From a virus (lineage: Duplodnaviria; Caudoviricetes), in IMG/VR virus record IMGVR_UViG_3300037584_004428, positions 1 to 59,687 of that record: a DNA stretch of 59,687 nt; one strand, given 5' to 3'. Of the stretch, positions 36,101 through 47,500 are shown in pieces (position 1 is the first letter of the stretch; each line of letters starts with the position of its first letter). A program made the translations under genes and the position numbers. The notes beneath the pieces were generated by a model. That model did not search any database. It worked only from the letters and a program-made list of their open reading frames with translations, and was not told the origin of the DNA.

Positions 36101-38117
36101 AGCTATTGTAAACCTAGGATTTTTTGACTGTTTTTCATTTGGTAATGGAGTTGAAAGCTATAAATATTTAGACGATCTTGATGGCTCAAGCTTTAACCTT
36201 GGTCAAAGAACTACTTCGGTTTCCGAAGAAGATTACAAGGAGGCAAATAGATATGCAGGGGTAACATATAGTGGCTTGTATAACGCAAACACAAACATTA
36301 ATAGGTTTAACGAGTTTAATTTAAGCGACGGAAACTTTAAAGATTTAGAAAAATCATTTGGAGATATTCAGGTTCTTCATTCATTTGAAACAAACCTATT
36401 AGTATTACAAGAAGATAAAATCTCAAATGTATTGCTTAGTAAACAAGCTCTGCAAGCAGCTGAAGGATCAGGGATTGTAGCTACATCTACCGCAGTATTA
36501 GGAACTCAGGTAGCTAGAATAGAAGAATATGGAATTAGTAATAACCCGGAGAGTTTTGCTGCATACGGAGATAGTAGATATTTTACAGACACCAAGAGGG
36601 GGGCTGTTATACAGCTTAAAGGAACAGGTGGCGTAAGTGATAGGTTAAATTTAATCTCAGAACTTGGAATGAGAAGTTATTTTAGAGATAACTTCATCAC
36701 CTATCCTGATACACAAAAAATTGGAGGATTTGATCCTTATATGAATGAGTATGTATTAAGTTCTAATACAGTTGGATTACCTAATGCTTATCAAGCAACT
36801 ACAGAAATACCTGTTAGTTGTGGTGCTGTTTTTGGCCCTGCTGAGTATAGCGACCCTATTATATACAATGTCGATTTAGGAGAGGCGCAAGGTAATGTTG
36901 TAGTGGATTATAAAATTACAGGAACTGTGGCAATCGCATATGAGTGGAGCTCAGTCACAGGAAGTGTTCCTGCGGCAACAGGTGTGGGTAGTTTTAATTT
37001 TAACAAGACCACGTCTACACCAACTAATTTAAAAATTACAATAACCCCAACAGGATCCTACACAGCAAGAATACAAGTGGCTTGTCCAACTGTTAGTGAA
37101 TTAACTATCGTGAATGTAGCGCTGGGATCAGTATCAGATGATGGGTTGTTTATACACGATGAATTTTATTGGAGTGATGGAACAACAACAAGCCCAGTAG
37201 AAAGCACTCAAACCTCATTTAGCTTTTCACCTTTTAGCACAAACAGACTGGCAAGATATACAAGCATTACAGGATTGGAGTCTGAAGGTATATTCCCTCC
37301 TAGTGGAGCAGCCGTGCGCATGGCTTCAAACAAAATAGATTTTGATACTTTAAACTTCACACCCTCTGCAGGTTACTCTGGTTCTATTCCACCGGCAGCA
37401 GATAAGTTTTCGTTTTTAGTCTCCAATACATTATACACATCTTCGCAAGCAGACATCAATGCATTAGTGGCTGCAGCTACAGATATAACCACGGTTACCA
37501 ATCCTTCAACAGGATACTATGAGGCTAGCTTTACATACAACAACCCAAGTAATCAAACGTATTTATATTTAATATACAATTACGCAGGAGTAGCTTCAAC
37601 TACTTTAACATTTGGCGCAACATCATTGATCGCTTGTTGTACAGGTGCTAACGGAACATACTATTTAAATAGCACAAGTTTTGCAACTGCAACTTCAATA
37701 TTCACTGACTCAGGGTTAACAACTCTAGCCACCGATGGTTTCTACAAAAGCGGATCAACTGTAAGAGAGTTATCAAGTGGAGTTCTTGGAACTGCGGCTA
37801 CTTGCTCAACTTGTAATTATATTTACATAACTGGTGCTCGAACAAATAAATCTGATTTTTGTAGTGGAACTAGTTACATAATGTCGCAACAAGCACAGAC
37901 AACAAATAATCATAATTTTGCAAGTGTAACAATTGGTGATGTGTTCAGTGAGCTTCCATCAGGCGCTGGCCCTGGCACTAAATATGTAGCATATAGCGCA
38001 GTAAGCGGTGAATCCACACCATCGGGTACAACATACAGAATAGCTGAAATAAATGCTAGTGGTCTAATAACAGGATTATTCTTTGGAGGTACAGGAACAT
38101 GTGGTAATCCATTATAA
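33147..38117 (+). CDS. Tail nozzle/stabilisation protein (P22 gp10 / crAss muzzle-like) with C-terminal accessory domains
   Basis: GRMNKSVDERLLPPGEYVDALNVR start; LLFFTDNINPPRCIN, NRLMYGNYVDGY, YGISNNPESF, GGFDPYMNEYVLS. Confidence 0.75.
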   Translation: MTVIQTNFIKGRMNKSVDERLLPPGEYVDALNVRLGSTEDTEIGSVENSKGNSILATLSYNGVNLDPQVTDTRCIGTLEDGVNNTIYWFVHSIDKTLTILPTGKADMIVSYNVINNNLIYHVISTSVLNFDSSYLINAVNKIDNLLFFTDNINPPRCINVERTYLPPTALNVDQITAAELNVIKAPPMSAPTVNLLQSGQEENFLKKNIISFAYRYQYLDNEYSAISQFSDIAFVPDFFSLNTSDLSNSGMQNVFNTAEISFNTGSKLVKEIDLLFKYANQPGVYVIEKFNKGILGWSNNITRTQSFRHNQIYTALADNQLTRLFDNVPRTAKSQTIMANRLMYGNYVDGYNVNSQLNYTVALNRELINLNEFTGVLSNGAYTIDISKTITNSVVTFDYTDIDSPDSLKKDSQIGFQFNFRSADFDAPGGGAPPGTPNQGLTEITFTITLNQDYNSIYDFFNGTFVAQQVSSGVAGPFMTNNPCNETTFTDILNCAIADQSSFLHSYSGIDNRDEGIKITTSPGSSSVSLQLVAAEFDDSSSGAATTDMYGYYQFTAAQSDYSSKGNRKSLHSNRNYDVGIVYMDEYLRSTTALTSPNNTIYVQPSSSITANSLKVTIPTTMNPPSWASKYKFVVKRAEDTYETIYSVIAFDDDSTNSVWIRLEGDNQVKTKKGDTLVVKADVSGPLNTIVTTKVLAIESKANNFLTPEASQGIGSNAPFISEPAGLYMNLKPQGFTITDDVNGFFDSGQIGGRSGKRGGPAAKAGIPCFKEVIDAGTGATQVENIDIPEGSLVNFALRFNRNASDGGFLVGSSEQKTYDYNRTVVASQDYNSMFEFVNGEGIDFTEGVASGTGTQPTNVYTNTIGNLANDFDNITFQPNGENKYRFYTVNATNPPAPGAVAPTDNGAKLTLGLVSGNGGDSGQRTRIEGQITINIGTASLILETEPLNADLDIYYENNEVFEITGGFHQSGSKTGDQNQTGSQAAIVNLGFFDCFSFGNGVESYKYLDDLDGSSFNLGQRTTSVSEEDYKEANRYAGVTYSGLYNANTNINRFNEFNLSDGNFKDLEKSFGDIQVLHSFETNLLVLQEDKISNVLLSKQALQAAEGSGIVATSTAVLGTQVARIEEYGISNNPESFAAYGDSRYFTDTKRGAVIQLKGTGGVSDRLNLISELGMRSYFRDNFITYPDTQKIGGFDPYMNEYVLSSNTVGLPNAYQATTEIPVSCGAVFGPAEYSDPIIYNVDLGEAQGNVVVDYKITGTVAIAYEWSSVTGSVPAATGVGSFNFNKTTSTPTNLKITITPTGSYTARIQVACPTVSELTIVNVALGSVSDDGLFIHDEFYWSDGTTTSPVESTQTSFSFSPFSTNRLARYTSITGLESEGIFPPSGAAVRMASNKIDFDTLNFTPSAGYSGSIPPAADKFSFLVSNTLYTSSQADINALVAAATDITTVTNPSTGYYEASFTYNNPSNQTYLYLIYNYAGVASTTLTFGATSLIACCTGANGTYYLNSTSFATATSIFTDSGLTTLATDGFYKSGSTVRELSSGVLGTAATCSTCNYIYITGARTNKSDFCSGTSYIMSQQAQTTNNHNFASVTIGDVFSELPSGAGPGTKYVAYSAVSGESTPSGTTYRIAEINASGLITGLFFGGTGTCGNPL

Positions 38118-38126
38118 AATAAAAAT

Positions 38127-38888
38127 ATGGGAGCAGTAACATTAACATATAGCGAAACTTCAAAAGGATGGCCATCCTTTTATTCATTCATTCCTGAAAA
38201 AGTAATTGGAATGAACAACTACCTTTATTCATTTAAAGACGGCAATCTGTATAGACACAATACTAATACCCTTAGAAATAATTACTATGGAGTTCAATAC
38301 AGTTCTAGTATATCTAGTGTATTTAATATAAAACCTCTAGAAGTTAAATTATTCAAAACTATATCATTAGAATCAGATAGTGCGTGGTCGGCAACCTACA
38401 ACACAGACATGCATAATCCAGGTGGGGATTTATTAGCTTCTTACTTTGTACAAAAAGAAACTGATTGGTACTCATTTATTAGATCAGCTACCCATACAGT
38501 TAATTTTAATTTAAGATCTGCAAATGGATTAGGTGATGTGAGCAGTGTCGATTCAAGTGTGGCCGCAGCGGTTGTGCTTACATTTGCATTTAACATAGGA
38601 TCAATTATTTCTATTGGAGACAAAGCATATCACGGAAACACACCTACGTTTGCAGGAACGGTAGTGGCAACAACTACTAACACGATAACTATTGATACCA
38701 CAATAGGCGGATCGGTTCCTCCAGGGGGAGCGTTTATTTGCTACATAAAAGATAGTGTGGCGGAATCACATGGAATAAGAGGTCATTACTTAGAGTTTAT
38801 TCTAAAGAATGGCCCTACTGAAAATCCAAGTGCAAGTGCGGTTGAACTATTTGCTGTCAAAAGCAGCATGTTTAAAAGTTACCCTTAA
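38127..38888 (+). CDS. Separately encoded C-terminal part of the nozzle protein
   Basis: TLTYSE..KGWPSFYSFIPE, KLFKTISLES, GIRGHY...ELFAV.S. Confidence 0.65.
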   Translation: MGAVTLTYSETSKGWPSFYSFIPEKVIGMNNYLYSFKDGNLYRHNTNTLRNNYYGVQYSSSISSVFNIKPLEVKLFKTISLESDSAWSATYNTDMHNPGGDLLASYFVQKETDWYSFIRSATHTVNFNLRSANGLGDVSSVDSSVAAAVVLTFAFNIGSIISIGDKAYHGNTPTFAGTVVATTTNTITIDTTIGGSVPPGGAFICYIKDSVAESHGIRGHYLEFILKNGPTENPSASAVELFAVKSSMFKSYP

Positions 38889-38894
38889 AATTTG

Positions 38895-38902
38895 TATCTT
38901 TG
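38895..38902 (+). promoter_or_regulatory. Putative -7 box TATCTTTG upstream of ejection-protein genes
   Basis: Intergenic TAnnTTTG 25 nt before ATG 38928. Confidence 0.7.
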
Positions 38903-38927
38903 TTGTTAATATTTTAAATTTATCAAT

Positions 38928-39743
38928 ATGGCAGACGGAAAATTTGCACAAGCAATGTCAAATGCATCAGCAGCTTTAGGTGTTGTAGGTGCGGCATTTG
39001 GATTAGCTGGAAGTATTTCTCAGTTTACTACAGCTAACAGAGCTTTAGAAAGAGCAAATAAAGAAGCGGCTTTAGCTGTTGCTCAAGCCAGAGATAAGAT
39101 TAGTAAGATCCCTATGTTAGAAAAGGGTATACCTGCAATAGCCACAGAACAAATACAAAAAGATGCGTTAAGACAAAGAAAACAATTGCTTGATGCAGTT
39201 AGAGGTTCAGGTCAAAGAAGTGTGTTAGGAGCAGCTCCAACAATCGGAGAACAAATATTAAAAGAAAAAGAAACGCAAAGAGGGGCTATTGAAAAACAAT
39301 TACAAGCTCGTGAGGATGAGATAGTTAAAGCTAAACAAGCTCAACAAGATACAGAGCTTGAGATGTTAACCGCAGCAGGCACAGCGGCTCAACAAAGAGC
39401 GGCGGCCGCAGCAAATCAAAAAGCAGCAGCAGTTGGATCTGCTGTTTCTTCAGCAGGAGCATTGACTGGATCCCTAATGGAAGCCGCAAATTTATATGGA
39501 GGCGAAGATAGATTCCAAAGAAATGTAGATAAATTTTTAGCAGAAAAAAACCCTGGTGAAAATTTTGATAGAGATGGGTTTGTTTCGTTTGTAGAAGAGA
39601 AAGCGGGATTCGGTGTTGATTCAGGTGCTACATATGGAGACGCAACTGATTTAATTAAATCGGGAGAGGTGGATGATTTATATGAATTATTTTTACAAGA
39701 AAATCCTTCTGATGAATCAGGGTTTGAGGTAAGCAGAATATAA
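38928..39743 (+). CDS. Putative internal virion (ejection) protein 1
   Basis: Ala/Gly-rich hydrophobic N-terminus plus Ala/Gln coiled coil; podovirus gene order. Confidence 0.6.
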   Translation: MADGKFAQAMSNASAALGVVGAAFGLAGSISQFTTANRALERANKEAALAVAQARDKISKIPMLEKGIPAIATEQIQKDALRQRKQLLDAVRGSGQRSVLGAAPTIGEQILKEKETQRGAIEKQLQAREDEIVKAKQAQQDTELEMLTAAGTAAQQRAAAAANQKAAAVGSAVSSAGALTGSLMEAANLYGGEDRFQRNVDKFLAEKNPGENFDRDGFVSFVEEKAGFGVDSGATYGDATDLIKSGEVDDLYELFLQENPSDESGFEVSRI

Positions 39744-39744
39744 T

Positions 39745-41577
39745 ATGGCAAGCAATAAAACTTATTACAACCGAGGTGGCAATAGATTTACAGGGATGTT
39801 TGATTCCGGTGAGCAATTTGTTCCAGTAGACTGGTCTAAGATAACAGGTGATATTGTAGATGAACTACAAACTATTCAGTCTGAGAAACAAAAAAAACGA
39901 GACGACATCCAAACAAAAACGGATGAGCTACTTACAGATCTTAGAGATTATCAAGCAGGAGGAAACAATACGTTTAACGGATATGTATTAGACGGATCAA
40001 AGCAGGTTAAAGATTACATGCTGATGCAAAACAAACTATTAAAGCAAGGTAAGTTAGATCCAAACTCTTATACAAGAAGCCAGCAATTGCTTCAAGATGA
40101 CTGGAATTCTTTTCAAGCTGCGGCTGAAACTTTCAATACAGATTATGCAGAGGCTATGAAAGCAGCGAATGCAGGTGATACTTCAAAGCTAGGTATGCTT
40201 AGTTTTGATAAACTACAAAGCGCTACAGATATTCAGAAAAGTAGATTAGTAATTAACACAGATGGTAGATTGTATTCACAAACTGGTGAAGGTCAACTGA
40301 TTGGTTTTACCAATATGAATGCTAGGCAAAAAGATATTCCTAAAAACTATAACATAATAGAAGGAACTAAAGCTTTTGCATCTACGCTAGGGACATATAG
40401 AGAAGCTAATCCTAATTTAACGATAGAAGACATTACAAAACAACCTGCATTTACAAAAGCTAGAGATACATTTATAGAGGGTGTACTTAATCAAGGAACG
40501 GGTAGAGATTTTTTAAGTATACTTACTCAAAATGGATACGAGCTAACAGAAAATCCTGATGAAGTAAACGAGAATACAATACTAGTAAAAGCAGACTCAA
40601 ACGGCATGCTTCAACCCGATAAAGATTCTTTAAATAAACACAGAGATGCTGCTAAGAAAATATTACAAGAAGCGATTGGGGCGCAACTAGATTATAAAGA
40701 ATCACCGGGTACTAAAACTGCTCAAGAAAGAATTATAGAAAAAGGAGAGGCAGAGAAAATAAAAAGTGCAGGAGATAATTATGCGTTAACCGCGCAATTG
40801 TTTAGCACAAACGGTGACTTGAATGAGTCTGCAGCTACTGAATTAGCACAAGCAAATCCAAACATAGATAGAATTCAATTAACAAAAGATGGTATTAATA
40901 TTGAGCTAGCAACAGGTCAACCCCCTATTCCTGTTAAATTTAAAAATGATGATGGTTCTTTCAAGACACCTTCAAACTTAACAAATGAAGTGTTTGCTGT
41001 ATTTTATCGTGGTGATAATGCTTTAACAGGCACACAGCTTGAGGAAGTAGAGTCATCTTACTTTGATGGTTTAAGTGAAAGTGCTACTACTGCGTTTGCT
41101 GGAACTGAATATGATATTGCTGAGTTGAGTGAAAACATACCAGGTTTCTTGTTTGATGTAAAAAGGGCTAAAAAATTAGCTAGGTTTGATTTTGAAAAAA
41201 TAAAAATTGGAGGATTAGATAGTGGAACAGCTGTAAATAATCACAACAAAGATGTTACTAAAATAAATAATACAGATAGTTCAGAAGCTGAGAAAAAAAA
41301 TCAAATAAAACAAGCTAATCTATCAATGATGAATTTATTGATGCCTAGTTTGAAATACACTGATGCTCAAACAAAAAAACAAACCCTATTGCCTATAGAG
41401 CAATTTAATGATGGTGCCGTGGTGTACGTAGATGATGCTGGAAAAACACAAACAATTATAGACACAAATGGTCAAGTTAACACAACCTTGCTGTCAAATA
41501 TTATAAATCAAAAACAAGTAGATCCGGGGACAACAGGTGTGTCTGAAGGCATTGATACTTCAAAATATGATAAATAG
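39745..41577 (+). CDS. Putative internal virion (ejection) protein 2
   Basis: 610-aa helical protein between ejection protein 1 and the giant gene. Confidence 0.55.
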   Translation: MASNKTYYNRGGNRFTGMFDSGEQFVPVDWSKITGDIVDELQTIQSEKQKKRDDIQTKTDELLTDLRDYQAGGNNTFNGYVLDGSKQVKDYMLMQNKLLKQGKLDPNSYTRSQQLLQDDWNSFQAAAETFNTDYAEAMKAANAGDTSKLGMLSFDKLQSATDIQKSRLVINTDGRLYSQTGEGQLIGFTNMNARQKDIPKNYNIIEGTKAFASTLGTYREANPNLTIEDITKQPAFTKARDTFIEGVLNQGTGRDFLSILTQNGYELTENPDEVNENTILVKADSNGMLQPDKDSLNKHRDAAKKILQEAIGAQLDYKESPGTKTAQERIIEKGEAEKIKSAGDNYALTAQLFSTNGDLNESAATELAQANPNIDRIQLTKDGINIELATGQPPIPVKFKNDDGSFKTPSNLTNEVFAVFYRGDNALTGTQLEEVESSYFDGLSESATTAFAGTEYDIAELSENIPGFLFDVKRAKKLARFDFEKIKIGGLDSGTAVNNHNKDVTKINNTDSSEAEKKNQIKQANLSMMNLLMPSLKYTDAQTKKQTLLPIEQFNDGAVVYVDDAGKTQTIIDTNGQVNTTLLSNIINQKQVDPGTTGVSEGIDTSKYDK

Positions 41578-41580
41578 AAT

Positions 41581-44500
41581 ATGAATGAAGAAGCTTTACA
41601 AGATGCGTATAGGTTGTTTTCCAATGGCGGTTACAGTGGTTCTCTAGAAGAATTTAAAGTTTTAATTGATTCAAATCCAGAGGCCCTAAATGATTCTTAC
41701 AAATTGTTTAGAGGTGGAGGTTATTCTGGAGACTTTGAAGCCTACAAAACCTTGATAGGTCAAAAAAAAAAAGAAGAAATTACCGAAGAACTTTCAGACT
41801 CAACTTCGGAAGATTCTCTATTGGATTCACAATTTTCTATCACCGAAAGTAAAACCGCAAAAGGTGTAAATAAAGGTATTGATGTAGTTACTGATGCTAT
41901 TACAGGGTTTAATCCCACGAATCCCATATCCACAATTACTAATCTGTTAACAAAGCCTAAAAACATTTCAAAAATATTTGATATTGTTTCTGAGCCAGGT
42001 GTTAGTAGTGAGGTAAAAGAAAAAAAAGAAACTACAGAAGAGCCTAAGTTTACAGACCCAACTATCCTTAGCAAATCTTTTGAAGAAGATGCAGGGGTAA
42101 ATGTTGAGACGGATGAAACCAAACTTAATATGGTTCAAGATTTGTATAGTGGAATGTCAGGTTTGAACTTAGATGAACTATCTAGATACCTGGATTCAGA
42201 TGTAGAATATGAAGGTGTTAAATCAAAAAGAAATCGTATTATAGATCAGGCCCTAGCTGGCACTATAGACAGTGATGCAAAACTTGAAAGCTTGCAAGAA
42301 GATTTTAAGGACTTGTCTGATGCGGGTATATACGCTGACATGAAAAGACAAGAGGCTTTAAGTGTATACACTAAAGATAAAGTCAACTATATAAATAAAA
42401 AAATTCAAGCCATTGATTCCTTGATGGCGGAAGGCAAAGAAGATTACGAAGGATTAAACTTATTAGATACTAAACAAAACTTAATCAACGAAAGAACCTC
42501 TTTAATAAAATCTGTCAACAGATTTTCCAGACAGTATCTTCCCTTCTTTAATAAGTACATGCAAGATAAGAAACAAGATTTAGCTAATAAATATGTTTCT
42601 GGAGATATGGGATTATATAACATGGGGGACATTACCTCTGGTATTGGAACTGGGTTGTCAAAATTTGAACAAGGGGCCGGCAAAGCAGTTAGTGATGTAA
42701 CAAGCGTTGTGTTTGACGCAATTGGATTGGATAATGTGGCGGACAGAATAAGAAAGAATAGCGAAATGGAGGAATTAAAAAAACTAGATCCGTCTTCTTT
42801 TATGATCGCTAGAGGTAAAGTTGTAAACCATGAGGGTAAAAAATATATTGTCACTCCTGAAGGTCAAATTATAGATGAAGAAAGAGAGGTAGATGTATCC
42901 TTTTTTGGTGAGCAAGCAGGTATAGATTTAGGGGCCATACGTAATAAAGCCAAAGAATCAAATGAATTAGAAACAACTTCTAGTTTCTATGGTATGATGA
43001 CAGGTAGCTCTAATGTCTTAGGTAATTTAGCCGTTCAAATAATAGGAATGAAGGGTAGTGGTAAGGTTTTAAAAGCCGGTGGCAAATATGTGACTAAACC
43101 ACTAACCGGTTTAGCATTAGGAAAACAAGCTACAATGCGTGCAAACGCTATGCTTAGTACAGGAGCTATAGTTTACAGTGGTACGTATAACCAGACATAC
43201 CAAGAGGCTTTGGATCTAGGGTTGAATGATGCGCAAGCACAAGTATTGGCGGATGACATTGCAGATGTAACCGGTATTGTAGGTGGGTTAACTGCAGTTT
43301 TAATATCTCCAAACATTGGTGGTCAAAAACTACTTGACAAAATAAGCGTTAAAGAAATGACTAAACGAGTTGTTGAAGGTAAAACCACAAATACTAGAAA
43401 ACAAATAGCTTTAGATTTTATAAAAGGAGCTTTGCCTGAAGGTACATTAGAAGCAGTGCAAGAAAACCTTGAATTAGTTGCTGAAGATTATGGAAGGAAA
43501 AAAGCAAACTTAAAATTGGGTGATGAAATATTTAAACCTGTATTAACAACCAACAGTGTACTTAATAATTCCGCAGCGGCATTTGCTACCGCGGGTCTTT
43601 TAGGTGGTGCGGGTAATGTAGGTAAGTCAAAAATTGTATTATACAATAGATTAGGAAGTAGTCAGGAATTGTTTCAGAAGTACATGAAAATGTATGTGAA
43701 TCAAGATAGAATATCTCAGCCAGAAGCTGACAGGATAGTTAAGGAAGTTGAGAGTTATCATCAATTTAAAAACTCAGTTCCATCTAACATAAGAAATAAG
43801 CCGGAGGCTATTGAAATAACCAACTTGCTTGCACAAAAAAATCAACTGAAAGATAAATTAAAAACACAAGATGAAGTTTTTCATGAGGGAATTAATAAAG
43901 AAATTAGTGAGATAGATGCGCAGATACAAACATTAACAAATCAATCTACATCTACAACTAAAGAACCTGAAGTAGAACCTAAAACAACAGAACAAGATGC
44001 CAGTACGAAGCCGAGCGCAGTGGCGCAAACTAGCCCAGACGAATCCACAACTACTGAGGAAGTGGTTGAAGGAGTATCCAGTGAGGTTCAGCAACCTACC
44101 GGAACGAGTCAAACCCAAACTGACAGTGACGTCGACACGACAACGCAGGAGGAAATAACACCTGAAGATGAATTAACTGCTGAAGTAGAAGTGGTGACTG
44201 AACAAGAAGCAGAACAGGAGTTAGACGAACTTCTTAATGAAGCTGAGGCTAAAAATCAAAATGTTACAACTGTAGGTACTGAAGGTAGAAATAGAAGTAT
44301 ATCTACTAAAGCAAGTGCGCAAACAAAAGCTGAAGGATTTAACACTAGGACGCCACAAGGAAAAAGAAGATTTAATAAAATTAAAAGTGAAATAACACAG
44401 GCTTTTAACAAAAAATTAAGAACATTAACTAGAGCATCAAATTTATTAACTAAAATTTTACCAAACACTAAAATTATTTTTGCAGAAACAAAAGCTGACT

Positions 44501-47500
44501 ATAACAGGTTAAGAGGCAAAGATTCTAATTCAGTAGGAGTTTTTAGGGTTACGGATGATGGAAAGACTGCTATATTTATTGACGTTAGCGCTCTCAGCAC
44601 TGATAAAGGTATAGAGACTTTAGCCCACGAATTATTTCATGCGGTATTATATAAGAAATTCGGCACAGACAAGGCAAAGATTAGAAGAGTGACTAACAAG
44701 ATGGTCAAAGAACTTCAAAAAACTTTACAGAATTCTAATGATCAAGAGCTTAAAGATGTGGGTAATGCGTTAGTTAAATTTAGTAAACAGTATCCAGAGG
44801 CAAAACAAACAGAAGAGTTCTTATCAGAAACTTTAGGTTATCTGGCTGAAAAATTTGATGCGGTACGAAGAGATTCAAAAGCTTTAAAAATTGTAACTGA
44901 TTTTGTAAATAAAATTAGTAACCTTTTAGGTTTAGGTAAAGTAAAAAAAGAATTAGCTAAGGATCCTGACAGAGTGTTAAGAGCTTTAGCTTTGGTCGCT
45001 AAAAAACTTCAGAGCGGTGAAGTACTACAGGATACAGACTTTGATATTATAAACGAGATAGAAACAGAGGTGGATCAAGAAGGGGTCGATGCGCCTATAG
45101 TTACAGGTGCAGTAGACTTTGTTAGTGATACAGATACAACCACAGATGAAGAAGTAACTGTTACCGTGCTCGAAGATGTTGAGGTAGATGAAACAACTAC
45201 GGAAGACAGAGTAGTTGAAAAAAAGAAAAAGCCTACGACCACTGATGCCACATCAACTACATTGCTTAGAAAAATATCTACTGAAATTAAAAAGGCAATC
45301 AAACAAGCAAAGAGCCAACAAAAGAAAATTAAAAGAGAAGTGGCTTTAGCTATAAGAGAATCCGTAAAGCAAGGTACACTGTCAGCAAAGCAAGCCTTGG
45401 TACTCGCCAAGAGAGCTTTGACCTTGAATGTAGATAGCCCCTTAGCCGTTGAAAGATTTATCTTATATACAAAGAAAGCTTTTGCTGATGCAGATAGTAT
45501 ATTCAAATTAAAAACAGCAAACACATTTAGAAAACAATTAAAGAAAATTGGTAATAGTAAAACTATAGATGCAGCTATTGCGGCATCTGCAAAAAACTTT
45601 TCACTTATGGATCCTATCTATGTAGAGGATCTTGACCTATACAATCAGTTAGCGAAAGAACTTATTGATGGATCTAAATCTAGTAGAGTATTAAAAGGTG
45701 AAGTAAAACAAAAGAGAACCGCTGACCTTGCAAAGATAAACGCATTTGCTGACAACCAACTTGAAAAAGAAAAAGTTGAAATAGAGGCTACAATGAGAGA
45801 TGAGTTTGAAGCCATGACTGGCATCGACGCAAAGGATATGACTTATGCACAGATGAAAAGTTATTTAGATGATAAAACTCCAGCACCTAGTGAACAAGAT
45901 GAATCGATCATTCGTAAAGCTGTAACAACTATGTTCAATAAATATTCCGAAACCATCAAACAAATGTTATCAAGTGGTGTGGATGCGGCGACAGGAAACC
46001 CCTTAGACTTAAGTACGAATCAAAAATCTATTGTGAAAGAGTTTATGGATATGGACTTATCAGTAATGGGAATCAAAGATGTTATAAGATCAGTTGATGC
46101 ATTAAATAATTTTATTGTTAACAGAAACACTGGCGGTATGGAAACAGTGGTAAAAAACAATACTGGAGCTTCTAACGTATCACAAATGGTGAAGGATAAT
46201 AAAACCGTTAAGCCCAGAATCAAATTTAAAGAGTTATACGAAGGTGTAGTTATTCCTTATTTTAAACAAATTGCAACAATGCCTATGACACTTAAGACTG
46301 TGTTGGGTAGCTTAGATAATTACATAGATCTTCAAATTAAAAGTGGGCTAAGAGATTTTATTAGCGGTCAAGCCAAGGCTATAGTTAATACCAATAATAT
46401 GGTAAAAGATTATGTGAAAAAGTTTGGCGATTTAAAACCAAATAATGAAGTATTTGATTCGACAAGAAACAATATAGAAAGGGGTTTATATGCGTTTTTA
46501 GCTAGAACTACTAGTGGGGATTTAGATTCTAGTAAAAAAGAATTTAAAAGAAGGTTAAGATTGGTAGAGCAATCTATAGCAAAATATCAAAGAGGCGATA
46601 AAGAGCAGAAAGAAACAGCAGAGATTTTACAAAACATATATGACAAAATTAAAGATGCTAATAGTTCATCTGAAATAGAAAATTCTTTTGAACAAGTTAA
46701 CAAAGATGCAGTTCTTTTCTGGCAAAATGAATGGGCAAAAGTTTATCCAACATTAGCTCAAACAAGTTACAATATATATAATCAGATATTAGGCAATGAT
46801 GTTAACTATACACCAGATAAATTTTCAGTATTTGAAGCTGATGTAGAAGTTGACTTAGACAATGAAAGTGCGTTTGGATCTTTTTCAGGGACTTTGTTTA
46901 ATAAAAAAGCAGGAGTATTATTTGAATCAACAAAACCACAGCAATTACCAAAAAATAGAATTATTAACTTTAACTTTGATTCTAATATGTCAAACTCTAT
47001 GGAGGCTGCTCAAATGGATGTACAAACAGCTCCAGCTTATAATCAAATAAAGGGATTCGTTCAATCACCTGAGCTAAATAAACTAATTCCTGATGAAAGC
47101 GTAAGAAAATTAGTTGTTGATAAGATAGTCAGTTTTATTAACACCGCAAAAAAACAAAAATATTTACCTAAAGAAGAAGCGGGGGCGGTGTCTAAAGGAC
47201 TTGATTTCCTTGCAAACCTTGGTGTGGGTAGAGCTTTGATACAAGTATTTCAACCTGTAAAACAAGTATTACCTGTTGCACTGAACACCATTATAAATTC
47301 TAAAGGAAATCTAGATATTGCTTCTTTTACCAACGTACCTCTTCAGAAATGGATTGACTCTGTTGGCACATCTATAGCTATAAGAGGCGGTTTATCAAGC
47401 GCTGATTTAGCAAAGCTTGAAAATTTTACAAATAGCATGGAATTTTTGGAATTACTTAAAGATATTAAATTAAATCCTGTAAAAAGTTCTATAAAATTAA

